Below are positions 1 through 9,548 of a stretch of DNA of 64,000 nt, in pieces. Position 1 is the first letter of the stretch. The number at the start of each line of letters is the position of its first letter. Position numbers and translations under genes: made by a program. The stretch covers positions 37,725 through 101,724 of the forward strand of contig JBHGNT010000080.1 of the NCBI GenBank assembly GCA_043228905.1, written 5' to 3'. The notes under the pieces were generated by a model, which did not search any database, had not been told where the DNA came from, and saw nothing but the letters and a program-made list of their open reading frames with translations. The stretch is from Azolla caroliniana (lineage: Eukaryota; Plantae; Polypodiophyta).

Positions 1-213
1 GGACCGTTGAGGCAGCCGGGAAACGTTCGGACCCTCAAACGGAGGGAACACCGGCTCCCCATATTGAGACTCCCACGCCAAGGGAGGAACCGGAACCGGT
101 GCGCATGGCACCGGAATCAGAAGCCCCTGCACCACCGGCAGCACCGGCAAGTCCCATTCTGCCAGAGCCAGAAAGGTCAATGCAGCCTCCCTCGGCCAAC
201 CAAGAAGAAGCGC
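1..213 (+). pseudogene. 5' part of a Pro/Glu-rich ORF interrupted by the Gypsy insertion; continues at 9549
   Basis: The frame starting at nt 3 is open (TVEAAGKRSDPQTEGTPAPHIETPTPREEPEP...SANQEEA). It joins in frame to QGEPGQQGGPRAETELK at 9549 once 214-9548 is removed. Confidence 0.75.
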
Positions 214-854
214 TGTCGTGACGATTTTCGGCTACGGTGTGAAACCGAGTGAGACGAATAAACCAAGGATGTGCAACATTGCACATGCACTTAGCAAATA
301 AACCTAGCCTAGTGGCACTTGAGTTCATACAGAGGGGTGCAAGCAAGGATTGAACCTTGCACCTCTAACATACAAGATAATTGCCTTACCACTAGGACAA
401 CTATCATATAGTGTAGATTATATGTATTTCCTTTTCATATACAAATTATAGACGAAACAACCATAGAAAACCATGTGCACAAAACCATGGTTTTAAACCC
501 ATGGTTTGTGCATGACATAAGCAAAACCGTGTGCACAAAACCATGGTTTTAGCCCATGGTTATGTGCATGTCACGAGCATGGAAAGACCTATAAAAGCCT
601 CTAGTTGGGCTTGTGTAAGGGGGGCTCAATATGTGAAATCACCAACACCATTATCATCAATATAATATTTGTCTTTATCTTCTTCATATTTTTCTACTTC
701 TCAAGTGTACAATTTTTCTTCTTCTCAAGTAAACCATTTTCATTTAATCTTACATTGATCGTCATCTAGCGTCGATAATTCCGCGATCATCCTCCCCAGT
801 CCAAGACCCCGGTGGTCACTCGAGTAGCACACGCACGCACGAATCTTCGCGACA
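214..854 (+). repeat. 5' LTR of element A
   Basis: TGTCGTGA...TCGCGACA inverted termini; near-identical to 3086-~3380; TATA-like CCTATAAAAG near 588; AAAACCATGGTTTT palindromes. Confidence 0.88.
331..405 (-). promoter_or_regulatory. tRNA-like Pol III A-box/B-box module in U3 of LTR A (second copy about 3203-3277)
   Basis: Minus strand reads TGTCCTAGTGG (A-box-like, 389-399), then GCAAGG-TTCAAT-CCTTGC (T-arm/B-box, core 347-356), about 32 nt apart as in tRNA genes. Confidence 0.6.
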
Positions 855-859
855 TCATT

Positions 860-876
860 TGGTGAACCCGACGTGA
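860..876 (+). promoter_or_regulatory. Primer binding site complementary to the tRNA-Trp 3' end
   Basis: TGGTGAACCCGACGTGA is the reverse complement of ...UCACGUCGGGUUCACCA, the eukaryotic tRNA-Trp 3' end; it lies 5 nt after the LTR. Confidence 0.85.
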
Positions 877-898
877 AGAGCAACAGGGGAGGACGAAG

Positions 899-3124
899 AT
901 GGATGGCGAATATCTCATGGAGGCAATGTCAAGAAGGATGATGGAGTTTCTGAGAGAAGGGAAAAGAAGAAATGAAGCCCAACAAGCCGTCGACAAGGTA
1001 GTCGAACAAATGAGCTATTTCAACAGTGCCGAAGTCCAAAGTTTCCTAAAAGTCTACAATGCGGAGATGGATTCAAGAGGTGTGGACAAAGCTATGAGGC
1101 TAGAGTACTTTTGTCGGGTGGTGTCTCAACCGATCTTCAAAGATGTAAAAGAGCTTCTAGAAGCTCATGATTCGTGGGCGACTTTCGAGAAGGCTCTATT
1201 GGAGGAATATGGCTATGAGAGACTGAAGGGACAAGATCGACGCAACTTCGACCAATGGGTGACATCAGCGAAGACCCACCAAGGTGCGACACAAGCATTC
1301 GTAGACTTCGAGCATCATTTTTCTCAATTGTCGGAGCGGGAACAAAGATTGGTGGGGGTCGATAAGGTCCTTATGTTCGTGAAGTCAATCGATCGAATGG
1401 AAAGGATGGCGATCGGCCTCAAACTCGAAGAAGATGATGGTGCAAATGGCCTCATCGAGGATTGGAGCAAAGTGGAAAGTGTATGCCGACTACACGATAA
1501 GGGGCAAGCGAGAATATCGACGACAACAAGACGGCCCATGAGGGACGATCGAAGAGGGACGAGATGCAACAACGCACCACCAACAAAAGAAATGAAGCTT
1601 AAAAGGGAGACAAAACCGAGGCGAATGGTGATCGAGGAAGAAGAGACCTCCCAACAAATGCGGGTTAATGAAGTGGCCGATACAAAGGCTCTGGTTCGGT
1701 ATGACGGTACCGAGAGAGAAGGTGTGAAACAAGTCACCTTCTTGTCTTACAAAGAAACGACGGCGAAGGAGGAGGCCGATGACTCGAGGACGGCGAACAC
1801 CACTTCGAGGGAGGATAAATGTTTCGGAACATGCATTGTGTACGAAACATCGGGTGATGACGGCGCAAGCATGAGAAAAGCTTGCATGATCGAGGGAGAA
1901 AAAGTGCTTGAGTCTGAAGAGATTGAGGAGGTAGCCATGACAAACGACATTGAGTCGAAGGTGGCTATGGATGAGTCGACGACGGATAGCCATGTCGACA
2001 CTTTCTTCACGCTTGTTCCAGAGACTTCGGCGGTTGTGCCCATGTGCCAATGTGAGACCAGAGAGACGGAAGGTGGTGACAGGAAGACGAAGGCCCAACA
2101 CAAGGAGGAAGAAGATCGAGGAAGAAAGGATATCCCCACACCTATTCTAGAGACTTCGGCGGTTGTGCACGTGCGCCAACGTGAGACCGAAGAGACAGAA
2201 TGTGTGGACAAAAAAGAGGACGACCGGAAGGGCGATGAAGAAGACAAGGTAAATGTAAATGAACGAAGGGATTCCTTCACACTGGTTCCGGAGACTTCGG
2301 CAGTCGAGACCGTGTGTCGACATAAGACCGAAGATAAAGGAGGTGGCGAAGAGGAGACAATATGGCTCGAGGTGAGCATACACGGAGGGAAGGATATGGC
2401 CGACGTGGAGGCCAAGGATGAAGCTGCGGTTGAGTTCGATGGAGAGGTTGCATGCGGGAAGGAAGGAAGAGTCGAGAACCGGTTGAACCGGAAGACGATC
2501 CGGCCGGGATTCCGACCCGAACGAAGGAAGATCCACATGGGAGCCGATCGACCGGGGCCGACCCGGCCGAAACCTGATTCGGCGAAAATCGATCGGACGA
2601 TTCCGATCCAAAAGGGGGCCGACCCAGCCAGAATCAATCGGTCGAGCCCGACTCGGGGAAATGTGAATGCAGACGAAGGCCAACCAAGCCAAGAAGCGAT
2701 CGGTGGAGACCGATCCGGACAAGGGCAAACCCGGCCTAATCGGAGATCGACACGAACGATCTACAATACCCAGTTGAAGACGGTGAGCGTGAGGAGTGGC
2801 CAGGAGTCCAATCGAAGGACACGCGCGCTGGACGAAGGAAGAGCGGTCGTATCGACGACATCGTTCGGTAGATCTACTACAACCGATCGGGGAAGAAGGT
2901 GTGAGCGTTGGATATGGTGGATCGGGTGGCTACGGTGGTTCGGTTGGAAAGATTGCGCATACTCGAAGTGGAAGACGAAGTCGACGAGCGTGCAGAGGAA
3001 CTTGGTTGATCACCGTTGCCAAAGATCTCACCTCTTCACCTTTCTCGGCACATACCGGAGGATGTGCAGGTTTGGTGGGGGTGGATGTCGTGACGATTTT
3101 CGGCTACGGTGTGAAACCGAGTGA
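899..3124 (+). CDS. Gag-like protein with long acidic/low-complexity extension (element A)
   Basis: 741-aa ORF. FSQLSEREQRLVGVDKVLMFVKSID...GLIEDWSKV aligns by eye with the element B gag FGRLSARDQAILVPDKVIMFLRAVD...GLTETWESV. A (FT)LVPETSAV-like motif occurs three times. The ORF reads into the 3' LTR. Confidence 0.75.
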   Translation: MDGEYLMEAMSRRMMEFLREGKRRNEAQQAVDKVVEQMSYFNSAEVQSFLKVYNAEMDSRGVDKAMRLEYFCRVVSQPIFKDVKELLEAHDSWATFEKALLEEYGYERLKGQDRRNFDQWVTSAKTHQGATQAFVDFEHHFSQLSEREQRLVGVDKVLMFVKSIDRMERMAIGLKLEEDDGANGLIEDWSKVESVCRLHDKGQARISTTTRRPMRDDRRGTRCNNAPPTKEMKLKRETKPRRMVIEEEETSQQMRVNEVADTKALVRYDGTEREGVKQVTFLSYKETTAKEEADDSRTANTTSREDKCFGTCIVYETSGDDGASMRKACMIEGEKVLESEEIEEVAMTNDIESKVAMDESTTDSHVDTFFTLVPETSAVVPMCQCETRETEGGDRKTKAQHKEEEDRGRKDIPTPILETSAVVHVRQRETEETECVDKKEDDRKGDEEDKVNVNERRDSFTLVPETSAVETVCRHKTEDKGGGEEETIWLEVSIHGGKDMADVEAKDEAAVEFDGEVACGKEGRVENRLNRKTIRPGFRPERRKIHMGADRPGPTRPKPDSAKIDRTIPIQKGADPARINRSSPTRGNVNADEGQPSQEAIGGDRSGQGQTRPNRRSTRTIYNTQLKTVSVRSGQESNRRTRALDEGRAVVSTTSFGRSTTTDRGRRCERWIWWIGWLRWFGWKDCAYSKWKTKSTSVQRNLVDHRCQRSHLFTFLGTYRRMCRFGGGGCRDDFRLRCETE

Positions 3125-3431
3125 GACGAATAAACCAAGGATGTGCAACATTGCACATGCACTTAGCAAATAAACCTAGCCTAGTGGCACTTGAGTTCAT
3201 ACAGAGGGGTGCAAGCAAGGATTGAACCTTGCACCTCTAACATACAAGATAATTGCCTTACCACTAGGACAACTATCATATAGTGTAGATTATATGTATT
3301 TCCTTTTCATATACAAATTATAGAAGAAACAACCATAGAAAACCATGTGCACAAAATCATGGTTTTAAACCCATGGTTTGTGCATGGTTTGTGCATGGTT
3401 TGTGCATGGTTTTAAACCCATGGTTTGTGCA
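3086..3431 (+). repeat. Truncated 3' LTR of element A
   Basis: Repeat of 214 onward; ends in locally expanded CATGGTTTGTG repeats and then switches to element B gag. Confidence 0.85.
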
Positions 3432-3566
3432 ACCGACGGGCTTCAAGCAAGCATCCATGGGCTACGATAGCAAAATCCGACATGGGAGGCGTTTGAAGTA
3501 GAGCTAAAGAGGACGTTCGCCATCGAGGATTCCTCCAAGGCGACACGAAGGGGATTCGAAGATTGG

Positions 3567-6500
3567 GTGGAGACGCCGGACAAGGGATTGAAGGTCGTTG
3601 ATGTGTTTTCGGCATTCGAAAGCCGGTTCGGGAGGTTGTCCGCGAGAGATCAAGCTATCCTCGTACCGGACAAGGTGATCATGTTCTTGCGAGCCGTGGA
3701 CGTCCGGGACCAGAAAGATCTCGGAGTGCTCTTGGAGGACACGACCACGGAGAGCGGCCTCACCGAAACATGGGAAAGCGTGCGGGATATCATCGCGCGA
3801 TACACGAAGAGGGGGCAATGGCTTGCCGACGAAGAAAAGAGGGTTTCGGAACCGATTCCGAAACCGAGAACCGGATTGGAAGACCATCAACTGAGGGCTC
3901 GAGAGACTACAACCGAGAAGGGGATTGATGCATCTACGGTGGAGCAACTATTGAAGGAGATGGAGAATCTGAAGATCGCGATGGTGAAGAAGTCGGATGA
4001 CCGCCCCACAAGCTCCAAGTATACGGACCGACGGTGCATATGGTGCGATAGCGCCGAACACGATCGGAGGGATTGCGACGAGCATAAGGAGGCGCTACGG
4101 CGGGATCTCATCTACTACGAGGGAAACCGGATTCATTCGATGGACTCTCGGAAGCCACTCCGACCGAACTTCCGGAAAGGCGGCATGAAGAAGATGCTCG
4201 AGGAGGAATTGGCGGCGAGAAGCAACTATGCGACAACCGCGGGAATATGTGTCGGGGAGTCATCGAGAGCAAAGACGTCTTTTTGGCCGGAAGTTCTAGA
4301 AAACACCGAGAAAACCGACTCCAACGAGATCCGAAGCACCGCGGAAGGCGTCCGGGAAGCTACGGGATGGGAGTGCCCTGTCGACAAGAATAGCATATAC
4401 GCCCTGTGTCAATTGCATAAGGTGTATGTGGACGAGAAACGACGACGAACGGAGGATGCGGCCGGGCCATCGAAGATACCGGAAAGTTGGAACTCCGGAG
4501 GTAAGGGAAAAGAAAAGGCGACTCCGGCATTCAAGCTCGCCTCGGACATAGAACAACAAACCGACTTGAAAAGAGTGTTCGAGGAAAGAATCTTGGATAG
4601 CCGGGTAGATTTATCGCTTCGGGAGCTACTCGGAATAGCAAAGAAGGAGTTCCACGATCTTCTCGTGGATCTCGTGAAGCGAAAAAGACAAAGTACGGAG
4701 GAAAATGCTCCAAGGGTGAATGCGAACACCGTTTTAATGAACGACACCGAAGCGGAGGACGAAATTCCGAACTCCCATTATACAAGGCCACATTGGGCAC
4801 GCGCGACTACGGAGACTCCGGTCCGAATCGGCAACATCAAAGAACCCGTGCTAGCATTGATTGATCACGGATCGGAGATCAACTTGATGTCCAAGGAGTT
4901 CTACTGGAAGGGGAAGTGGCCTATTAACACCAACCATGGATGGAAGATTCGGGCGGCCACCAAAGCAACGGAAGATCTATTTGCGGCTTGTCCGGATGTG
5001 ACGGTGAAGATCGGGGATGTCGAGATCGACCAAAATTTCTTCGTGCAAGATGAGGTTTCACATTCCGTCATCCTCGGCCAACCCTTTATCACGGCATCAC
5101 GGATGGAGACGAAGGTGCTCGATAGCGGTGCGGCTTTTGCGCGAATTCGGAGCCAAAACGGTGGGAAATCCGTCCAATTCCTAACGGTGCCGGCAAATCA
5201 CGAAAGGAACAAGAGGGAACTCTTGTCCCAAGTGAGAATGGATTTTTTAAAGCGGACTGTTGCGGAGTGGGGAAGTGATAGTCCGAGAAGCGCTGATACC
5301 CCACACAGGAAGAAAACTCTCGGAGCAAAACATGTACAAATAGGTCCGGATGGGGCATCTACGTACACGACCGTAACCGGAGGATTGAAGAAAGGATACC
5401 GACAAGTGGAGGATAAGTTGCGGTCGGCATCAATAATAAAAGAAGATGAAGAAATCGTGGGGATAGTCGAAGAAGTGTTCTATGGGAGCACGCTACAACG
5501 ACTTGAAGAACTTGCGGAAGATAAAAGCCAAGGGAACCGGGTAGTCCCGATGGAATCGGTCGAGATGTACGAGATCATTGCGAAAATGGAGCCGGATACG
5601 CTCCGTAAAGAAGAAGCAATGGTAAGTACGAAATACAAGACCGTGGAGAAGAAGTTGAAACCGGCCGCGGGACCACTACCCGCCGATAGCGAACAAAAGA
5701 GGAAAGAAGTCTCAGGAGATCCGACACTTCGGAAGTCCGTGGATATCGGACATGCCTTCACGGATGAGACCCGGAAGAAACTTCGGATCGGTGGAGGTGG
5801 GTTCCTATTACAGAAAGAAGAAGAACGGTTTCGCGAGATGTTGGAGCAACACGGCAAAGCGTTTGCATTTACATCAAGGGAGATAGGGTGCGTCGATCCG
5901 AGAATAGTGGAGCCGATGGTGATCTTTACGATTGACCATGTACCGTGGAATCTGAAGCCGATTCCGGTGCCACGAGCGCATATTCCAAAAGTCATTGACT
6001 TGCTCAAGGAGAAGGTGGCGATGGGGATTCTAGAGCCATCAACTGCTCCGTACTCAAATCGATGGTTTACGGTTCCGAAGAAGAATGGGTCACTCCGATT
6101 TATCCAAGACTTGCAACCGGTGAATAAGGTCACGATCCGGAACTCGGGAGTCGGTCCGATAGTGGACGAATTTGCGGAAGCTTTTGCCGGTCGTGCAATA
6201 TACTCCATCGGAGACCTATACTCGGGGTATGACCAATTCCAACTAGCCGTGGAGAGCCGAGACATCACAACCATGCGAACACCGATAGGATTAGTCCGAA
6301 TGTGCACACTACCACAAGGAGCGACAAACTCGGTTGCTCATATGATGAACGCGATGAACAAGGTGCTTCGAGACTGCATTCCGGAGATAACGATGCCGTT
6401 CCTCGATGACATTCCGATGAAAGGATGCGCAGTCGAAGAAAAAGATGAGACTATGGATGATCGGGGATGCCGAAAGTTCGTGGTCGACCATATTCATGCT

Positions 6501-8882
6501 TGCGAGAAAGTGTTGCGAAAGCTAGAAGATGTGCACCTAACACTTTCCGGGGAGAAATCGGCATTCGGGCAAGAAGAAATATTGGTGGTCGGACATCTAT
6601 GTGGGCCCTACGGCCGAAGACCGTCACCAACAAAGATTGATGCGATTCAAGCTATGGAGGAAGTATGCGAGTCAACATCCGAAGTCCGAAGGTTTCTCGG
6701 TGCATGTGCATTCTATCACATATGGATTCCGCACTATGCACATATAGCGGATCCACTCTACCACTTGTTGCGGAAAGGTAAGAAATTCGAATGGAAACCG
6801 GAACACACCAAAGCCATGAAGAAATTGAAGAAGACACTTCGGAGGGCGGAAGCACTTAAGAAGCCGAGCTACGACCGACCGATCATAGTAACGGTTGATA
6901 CAAGTCCAACCGGTATCGGGTGGGTCATCAATCAAGCCGACTCGGATGGTTCGCGGTATCCGATCCGATTCGGAGCAAAGGTTCTCAACGAAAGGCAACG
7001 TGGATATGCACAAGTCAAAAGAGAACTGTGGGGAGTCGTGTCAGCGATAAAGTCGGATCGGGATTATTTGATCGGAGCCAAAGTGGTGATCGAGACGGAT
7101 TGTCTTCCGATACTCGGGATGATGCGGTGTTGTACGATACCAGATGTAGCTATGCTAAGGTGGGTTGCATATGTCAAATCGCTTAACCCAGAGGTTCGAC
7201 ACATCTCGGGGAAGGAAAACGCGGTAGCGGATATGTTATCAAGGGCTCGGTTCGGAGACGACATAACCGAATCGGATAATGAAGAAGTTTCCGAAGACTA
7301 CTTCGCGTCGGAGCACATATGCCGAGTGAACGTAATCCGAGAATTTCGGGAAGAAGAATATGAGGGAGAAAGTTTGATGATCGGAAAGATGTTACAAGAG
7401 GCCGAGGACTCGACAAACGATAAAGGAAGAAGAGCCGAGATCCGAAGGAAGAAGAGGCAAGTCCAAAAGTTCTTCTTGGAAAATGGATTAATATGGAGGG
7501 CGCCGAAAAGACCGGATGGTATACCACTTCGAGTAGTCGGGACAAAAGAGCAACGAAACCGGATAATGTCCGAGTTTCACGAATCCGATTGGGCTGGACA
7601 CCGAGGAACATGGGCAACATTTGTGAAGATCAAGCAAAAATATTGGTGGAAGAAAATGTACAAAGATATTGCGGAGTTTACGGAAAGCTGCGAGAAATGT
7701 CAAGTCTACTCCGGGGTTCGACATCGAGATGAGTTACATCCGACATTCTCACCGACAATCAACTTCAAGTGGATGGTCGACATAGTGGCCATGCCGATCG
7801 GGATCGGACAAAAGAAATACTTGGTATTAGCTCGGGAAGATCTCATGAATCAAGTAGAAGGTCGAGCGCTTCAGAGGAAAACGTGTTCCGCGGTATGCCA
7901 ATTTCTTTTGGAGGAAGTATTTTGCAGGTACGGGTGCGTAGGACAAGTGATTGCGGACCGGGGAGAACTCGACTCGGACAAAGCTAGGGGATTCTTCGCC
8001 AAACACGGAGTTCGGTTATCACTGACAACGGCATACAATCCGGAGGCCAACGGGAAAGTCGAACGAGGACATAGTCCGATCGTGAAAGCACTTGCGAAGG
8101 CATGCGATGGAAAGGTGAAGGACTGGCCGCAGATGCTTCCGTATGCACTATGGGCGGATCGGACGACGCATAGCTCCATAACCAGTTACATGCCGGCAGA
8201 ACTCATGACCGGACAAGCACCGGTAATGCCGACGGAAACCGCAATCGCAACATGGGCAGTGCTACCGTGGAAGGAAGAGATGAGCCGGGAAGAACTACTA
8301 GCGGTCCGGATACGACAACTAGAGGGAAGACCGGCAGACATAGCGGAAGCAATACGCCGACAACAAGAAGCACGATTAAGGAACAAAAGCCGGTTCGACA
8401 CAAAGCACCGACTACGACCGAGGAGGATTGAAGAAGGAGACTGGGTGATCGTCTATGACAGTAGTTTGGACCATCAACATACAACGATGCGGAAATTCGC
8501 GAAAAGGTGGTTCGGGCCATACGAGGTTCGGAAAGTCTTCGACAACGGAACGTACCGACTGTCCGAGTTGGATGGAACAATACTACGAGTGCCTATAGCC
8601 GGGAAGCGGGTGAAGATTTTCAAGAAGCGGACCGACGACAAACCCTATGTGATCCAAGCCAAGGCCGACAACGAGGAGCAATCGGACGAAGACCACGGTG
8701 ATGCGGGAAGCGAAGAAAGTAAATTACAACTCATAGTCGACATAAGGGGAGAATCGGAGGAAGCTTTGGGTGAAGACGGATATGGGGAATCGAGAACTTC
8801 GGCACATACCGGAGGATGTGCGGGTTCGGAGGGGGCGAGTGTCGTAGTGTATTCCACACACTACGTGAAAACCATAAAATAA
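3567..8882 (+). CDS. Gag-Pol polyprotein (N-terminally truncated)
   Basis: Zinc knuckle CIWCDSAEHDRRDC; protease LIDHGSEINL; RT LPQG and FLDD; RNase H VDTSP...YAQVKRELWG...ETDC; integrase HHCC, D-D-E (MVDI, IADRG, NGKVER) and a GPY motif. Confidence 0.93.
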   Translation: METPDKGLKVVDVFSAFESRFGRLSARDQAILVPDKVIMFLRAVDVRDQKDLGVLLEDTTTESGLTETWESVRDIIARYTKRGQWLADEEKRVSEPIPKPRTGLEDHQLRARETTTEKGIDASTVEQLLKEMENLKIAMVKKSDDRPTSSKYTDRRCIWCDSAEHDRRDCDEHKEALRRDLIYYEGNRIHSMDSRKPLRPNFRKGGMKKMLEEELAARSNYATTAGICVGESSRAKTSFWPEVLENTEKTDSNEIRSTAEGVREATGWECPVDKNSIYALCQLHKVYVDEKRRRTEDAAGPSKIPESWNSGGKGKEKATPAFKLASDIEQQTDLKRVFEERILDSRVDLSLRELLGIAKKEFHDLLVDLVKRKRQSTEENAPRVNANTVLMNDTEAEDEIPNSHYTRPHWARATTETPVRIGNIKEPVLALIDHGSEINLMSKEFYWKGKWPINTNHGWKIRAATKATEDLFAACPDVTVKIGDVEIDQNFFVQDEVSHSVILGQPFITASRMETKVLDSGAAFARIRSQNGGKSVQFLTVPANHERNKRELLSQVRMDFLKRTVAEWGSDSPRSADTPHRKKTLGAKHVQIGPDGASTYTTVTGGLKKGYRQVEDKLRSASIIKEDEEIVGIVEEVFYGSTLQRLEELAEDKSQGNRVVPMESVEMYEIIAKMEPDTLRKEEAMVSTKYKTVEKKLKPAAGPLPADSEQKRKEVSGDPTLRKSVDIGHAFTDETRKKLRIGGGGFLLQKEEERFREMLEQHGKAFAFTSREIGCVDPRIVEPMVIFTIDHVPWNLKPIPVPRAHIPKVIDLLKEKVAMGILEPSTAPYSNRWFTVPKKNGSLRFIQDLQPVNKVTIRNSGVGPIVDEFAEAFAGRAIYSIGDLYSGYDQFQLAVESRDITTMRTPIGLVRMCTLPQGATNSVAHMMNAMNKVLRDCIPEITMPFLDDIPMKGCAVEEKDETMDDRGCRKFVVDHIHACEKVLRKLEDVHLTLSGEKSAFGQEEILVVGHLCGPYGRRPSPTKIDAIQAMEEVCESTSEVRRFLGACAFYHIWIPHYAHIADPLYHLLRKGKKFEWKPEHTKAMKKLKKTLRRAEALKKPSYDRPIIVTVDTSPTGIGWVINQADSDGSRYPIRFGAKVLNERQRGYAQVKRELWGVVSAIKSDRDYLIGAKVVIETDCLPILGMMRCCTIPDVAMLRWVAYVKSLNPEVRHISGKENAVADMLSRARFGDDITESDNEEVSEDYFASEHICRVNVIREFREEEYEGESLMIGKMLQEAEDSTNDKGRRAEIRRKKRQVQKFFLENGLIWRAPKRPDGIPLRVVGTKEQRNRIMSEFHESDWAGHRGTWATFVKIKQKYWWKKMYKDIAEFTESCEKCQVYSGVRHRDELHPTFSPTINFKWMVDIVAMPIGIGQKKYLVLAREDLMNQVEGRALQRKTCSAVCQFLLEEVFCRYGCVGQVIADRGELDSDKARGFFAKHGVRLSLTTAYNPEANGKVERGHSPIVKALAKACDGKVKDWPQMLPYALWADRTTHSSITSYMPAELMTGQAPVMPTETAIATWAVLPWKEEMSREELLAVRIRQLEGRPADIAEAIRRQQEARLRNKSRFDTKHRLRPRRIEEGDWVIVYDSSLDHQHTTMRKFAKRWFGPYEVRKVFDNGTYRLSELDGTILRVPIAGKRVKIFKKRTDDKPYVIQAKADNEEQSDEDHGDAGSEESKLQLIVDIRGESEEALGEDGYGESRTSAHTGGCAGSEGASVVVYSTHYVKTIK

Positions 8883-9544
8883 TATATCCGAATTTAGATA
8901 CATATAAATAAATAAATAATATATCAAAAGAATTTATCACGTGCATAGGGCAGGATTCGAACCATGCACCTCCACGTAGATAAACCCCAACTTTACCATT
9001 GTAATAACTTATCTTTAGTGTTATAAATATAGATTTAATACGTATAAGACCTTTATTTACACATACCTTTATTAAAGGGTAAAAATCATGTATTCTTTAG
9101 AGTGTGAATATTTTATTTACACGTGACATTAAAAGTGACTCATGCACATCTAGCGTGCACGAGCCCTATATTTAGGAAATGACAAAGCATCACATGCACA
9201 TTTAGTGTGCATGGACACTTTAGGTGAAAAAGCATGAAGCCATGCTTAGCCTCTTCCATCTTTATATAAGGAGGAGAAAAATATGTATATGGTTTTTGAT
9301 TAATATACAAGTTTTTGATCAATCTAATATATTCGTGGGATTCACGAATTTTGCCATCTAATTGCTCTTATAATCTAAATATTGTTTTAATTACACTAAA
9401 CTCGTGGGATTCACGAGATTGCTATCTTACTTCTCTTTCCACTATTCATATCTAGCCTTAAGTTGTATTCCTCTTCCTCCTAGTCAAAAACCTCGGCGGT
9501 TCCCACCCGACTCACGCAACGATCCGGAGCCGAAAGGCGCGACA
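8840..9544 (+). repeat. 3' LTR of element B
   Basis: TGTCG...CGACA termini directly after the PPT; TATA-like TTTATATAAG near 9261; followed by the GCGC TSD. Confidence 0.8.
8945..9010 (-). promoter_or_regulatory. tRNA-like Pol III A-box/B-box module in U3 of LTR B
   Basis: Minus strand TATTACAATGG (8996-9006), then GGTTCGAATCC (8953-8963, consensus B-box), 32 nt apart. Confidence 0.65.
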
Positions 9545-9548
9545 GCGC

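Larger units (their letters stand above)
214..3431 (+). mobile_element. Non-autonomous gag-only Ty3/Gypsy-related LTR element (element A); 3' LTR truncated
   Basis: 5' LTR 214-854, tRNA-Trp PBS, one gag-like ORF with no RT/RH/INT, G-rich tract at 3074-3085, and a second LTR copy from 3086 that breaks at about 3431. Confidence 0.85.
3432..9544 (+). mobile_element. 5'-truncated Ty3/Gypsy retrotransposon (element B, non-chromoviral)
   Basis: Domain order gag-PR-RT-RH-INT, PPT GAGGGGGCGAG, 3' LTR 8840-9544; no 5' LTR. Confidence 0.92.
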
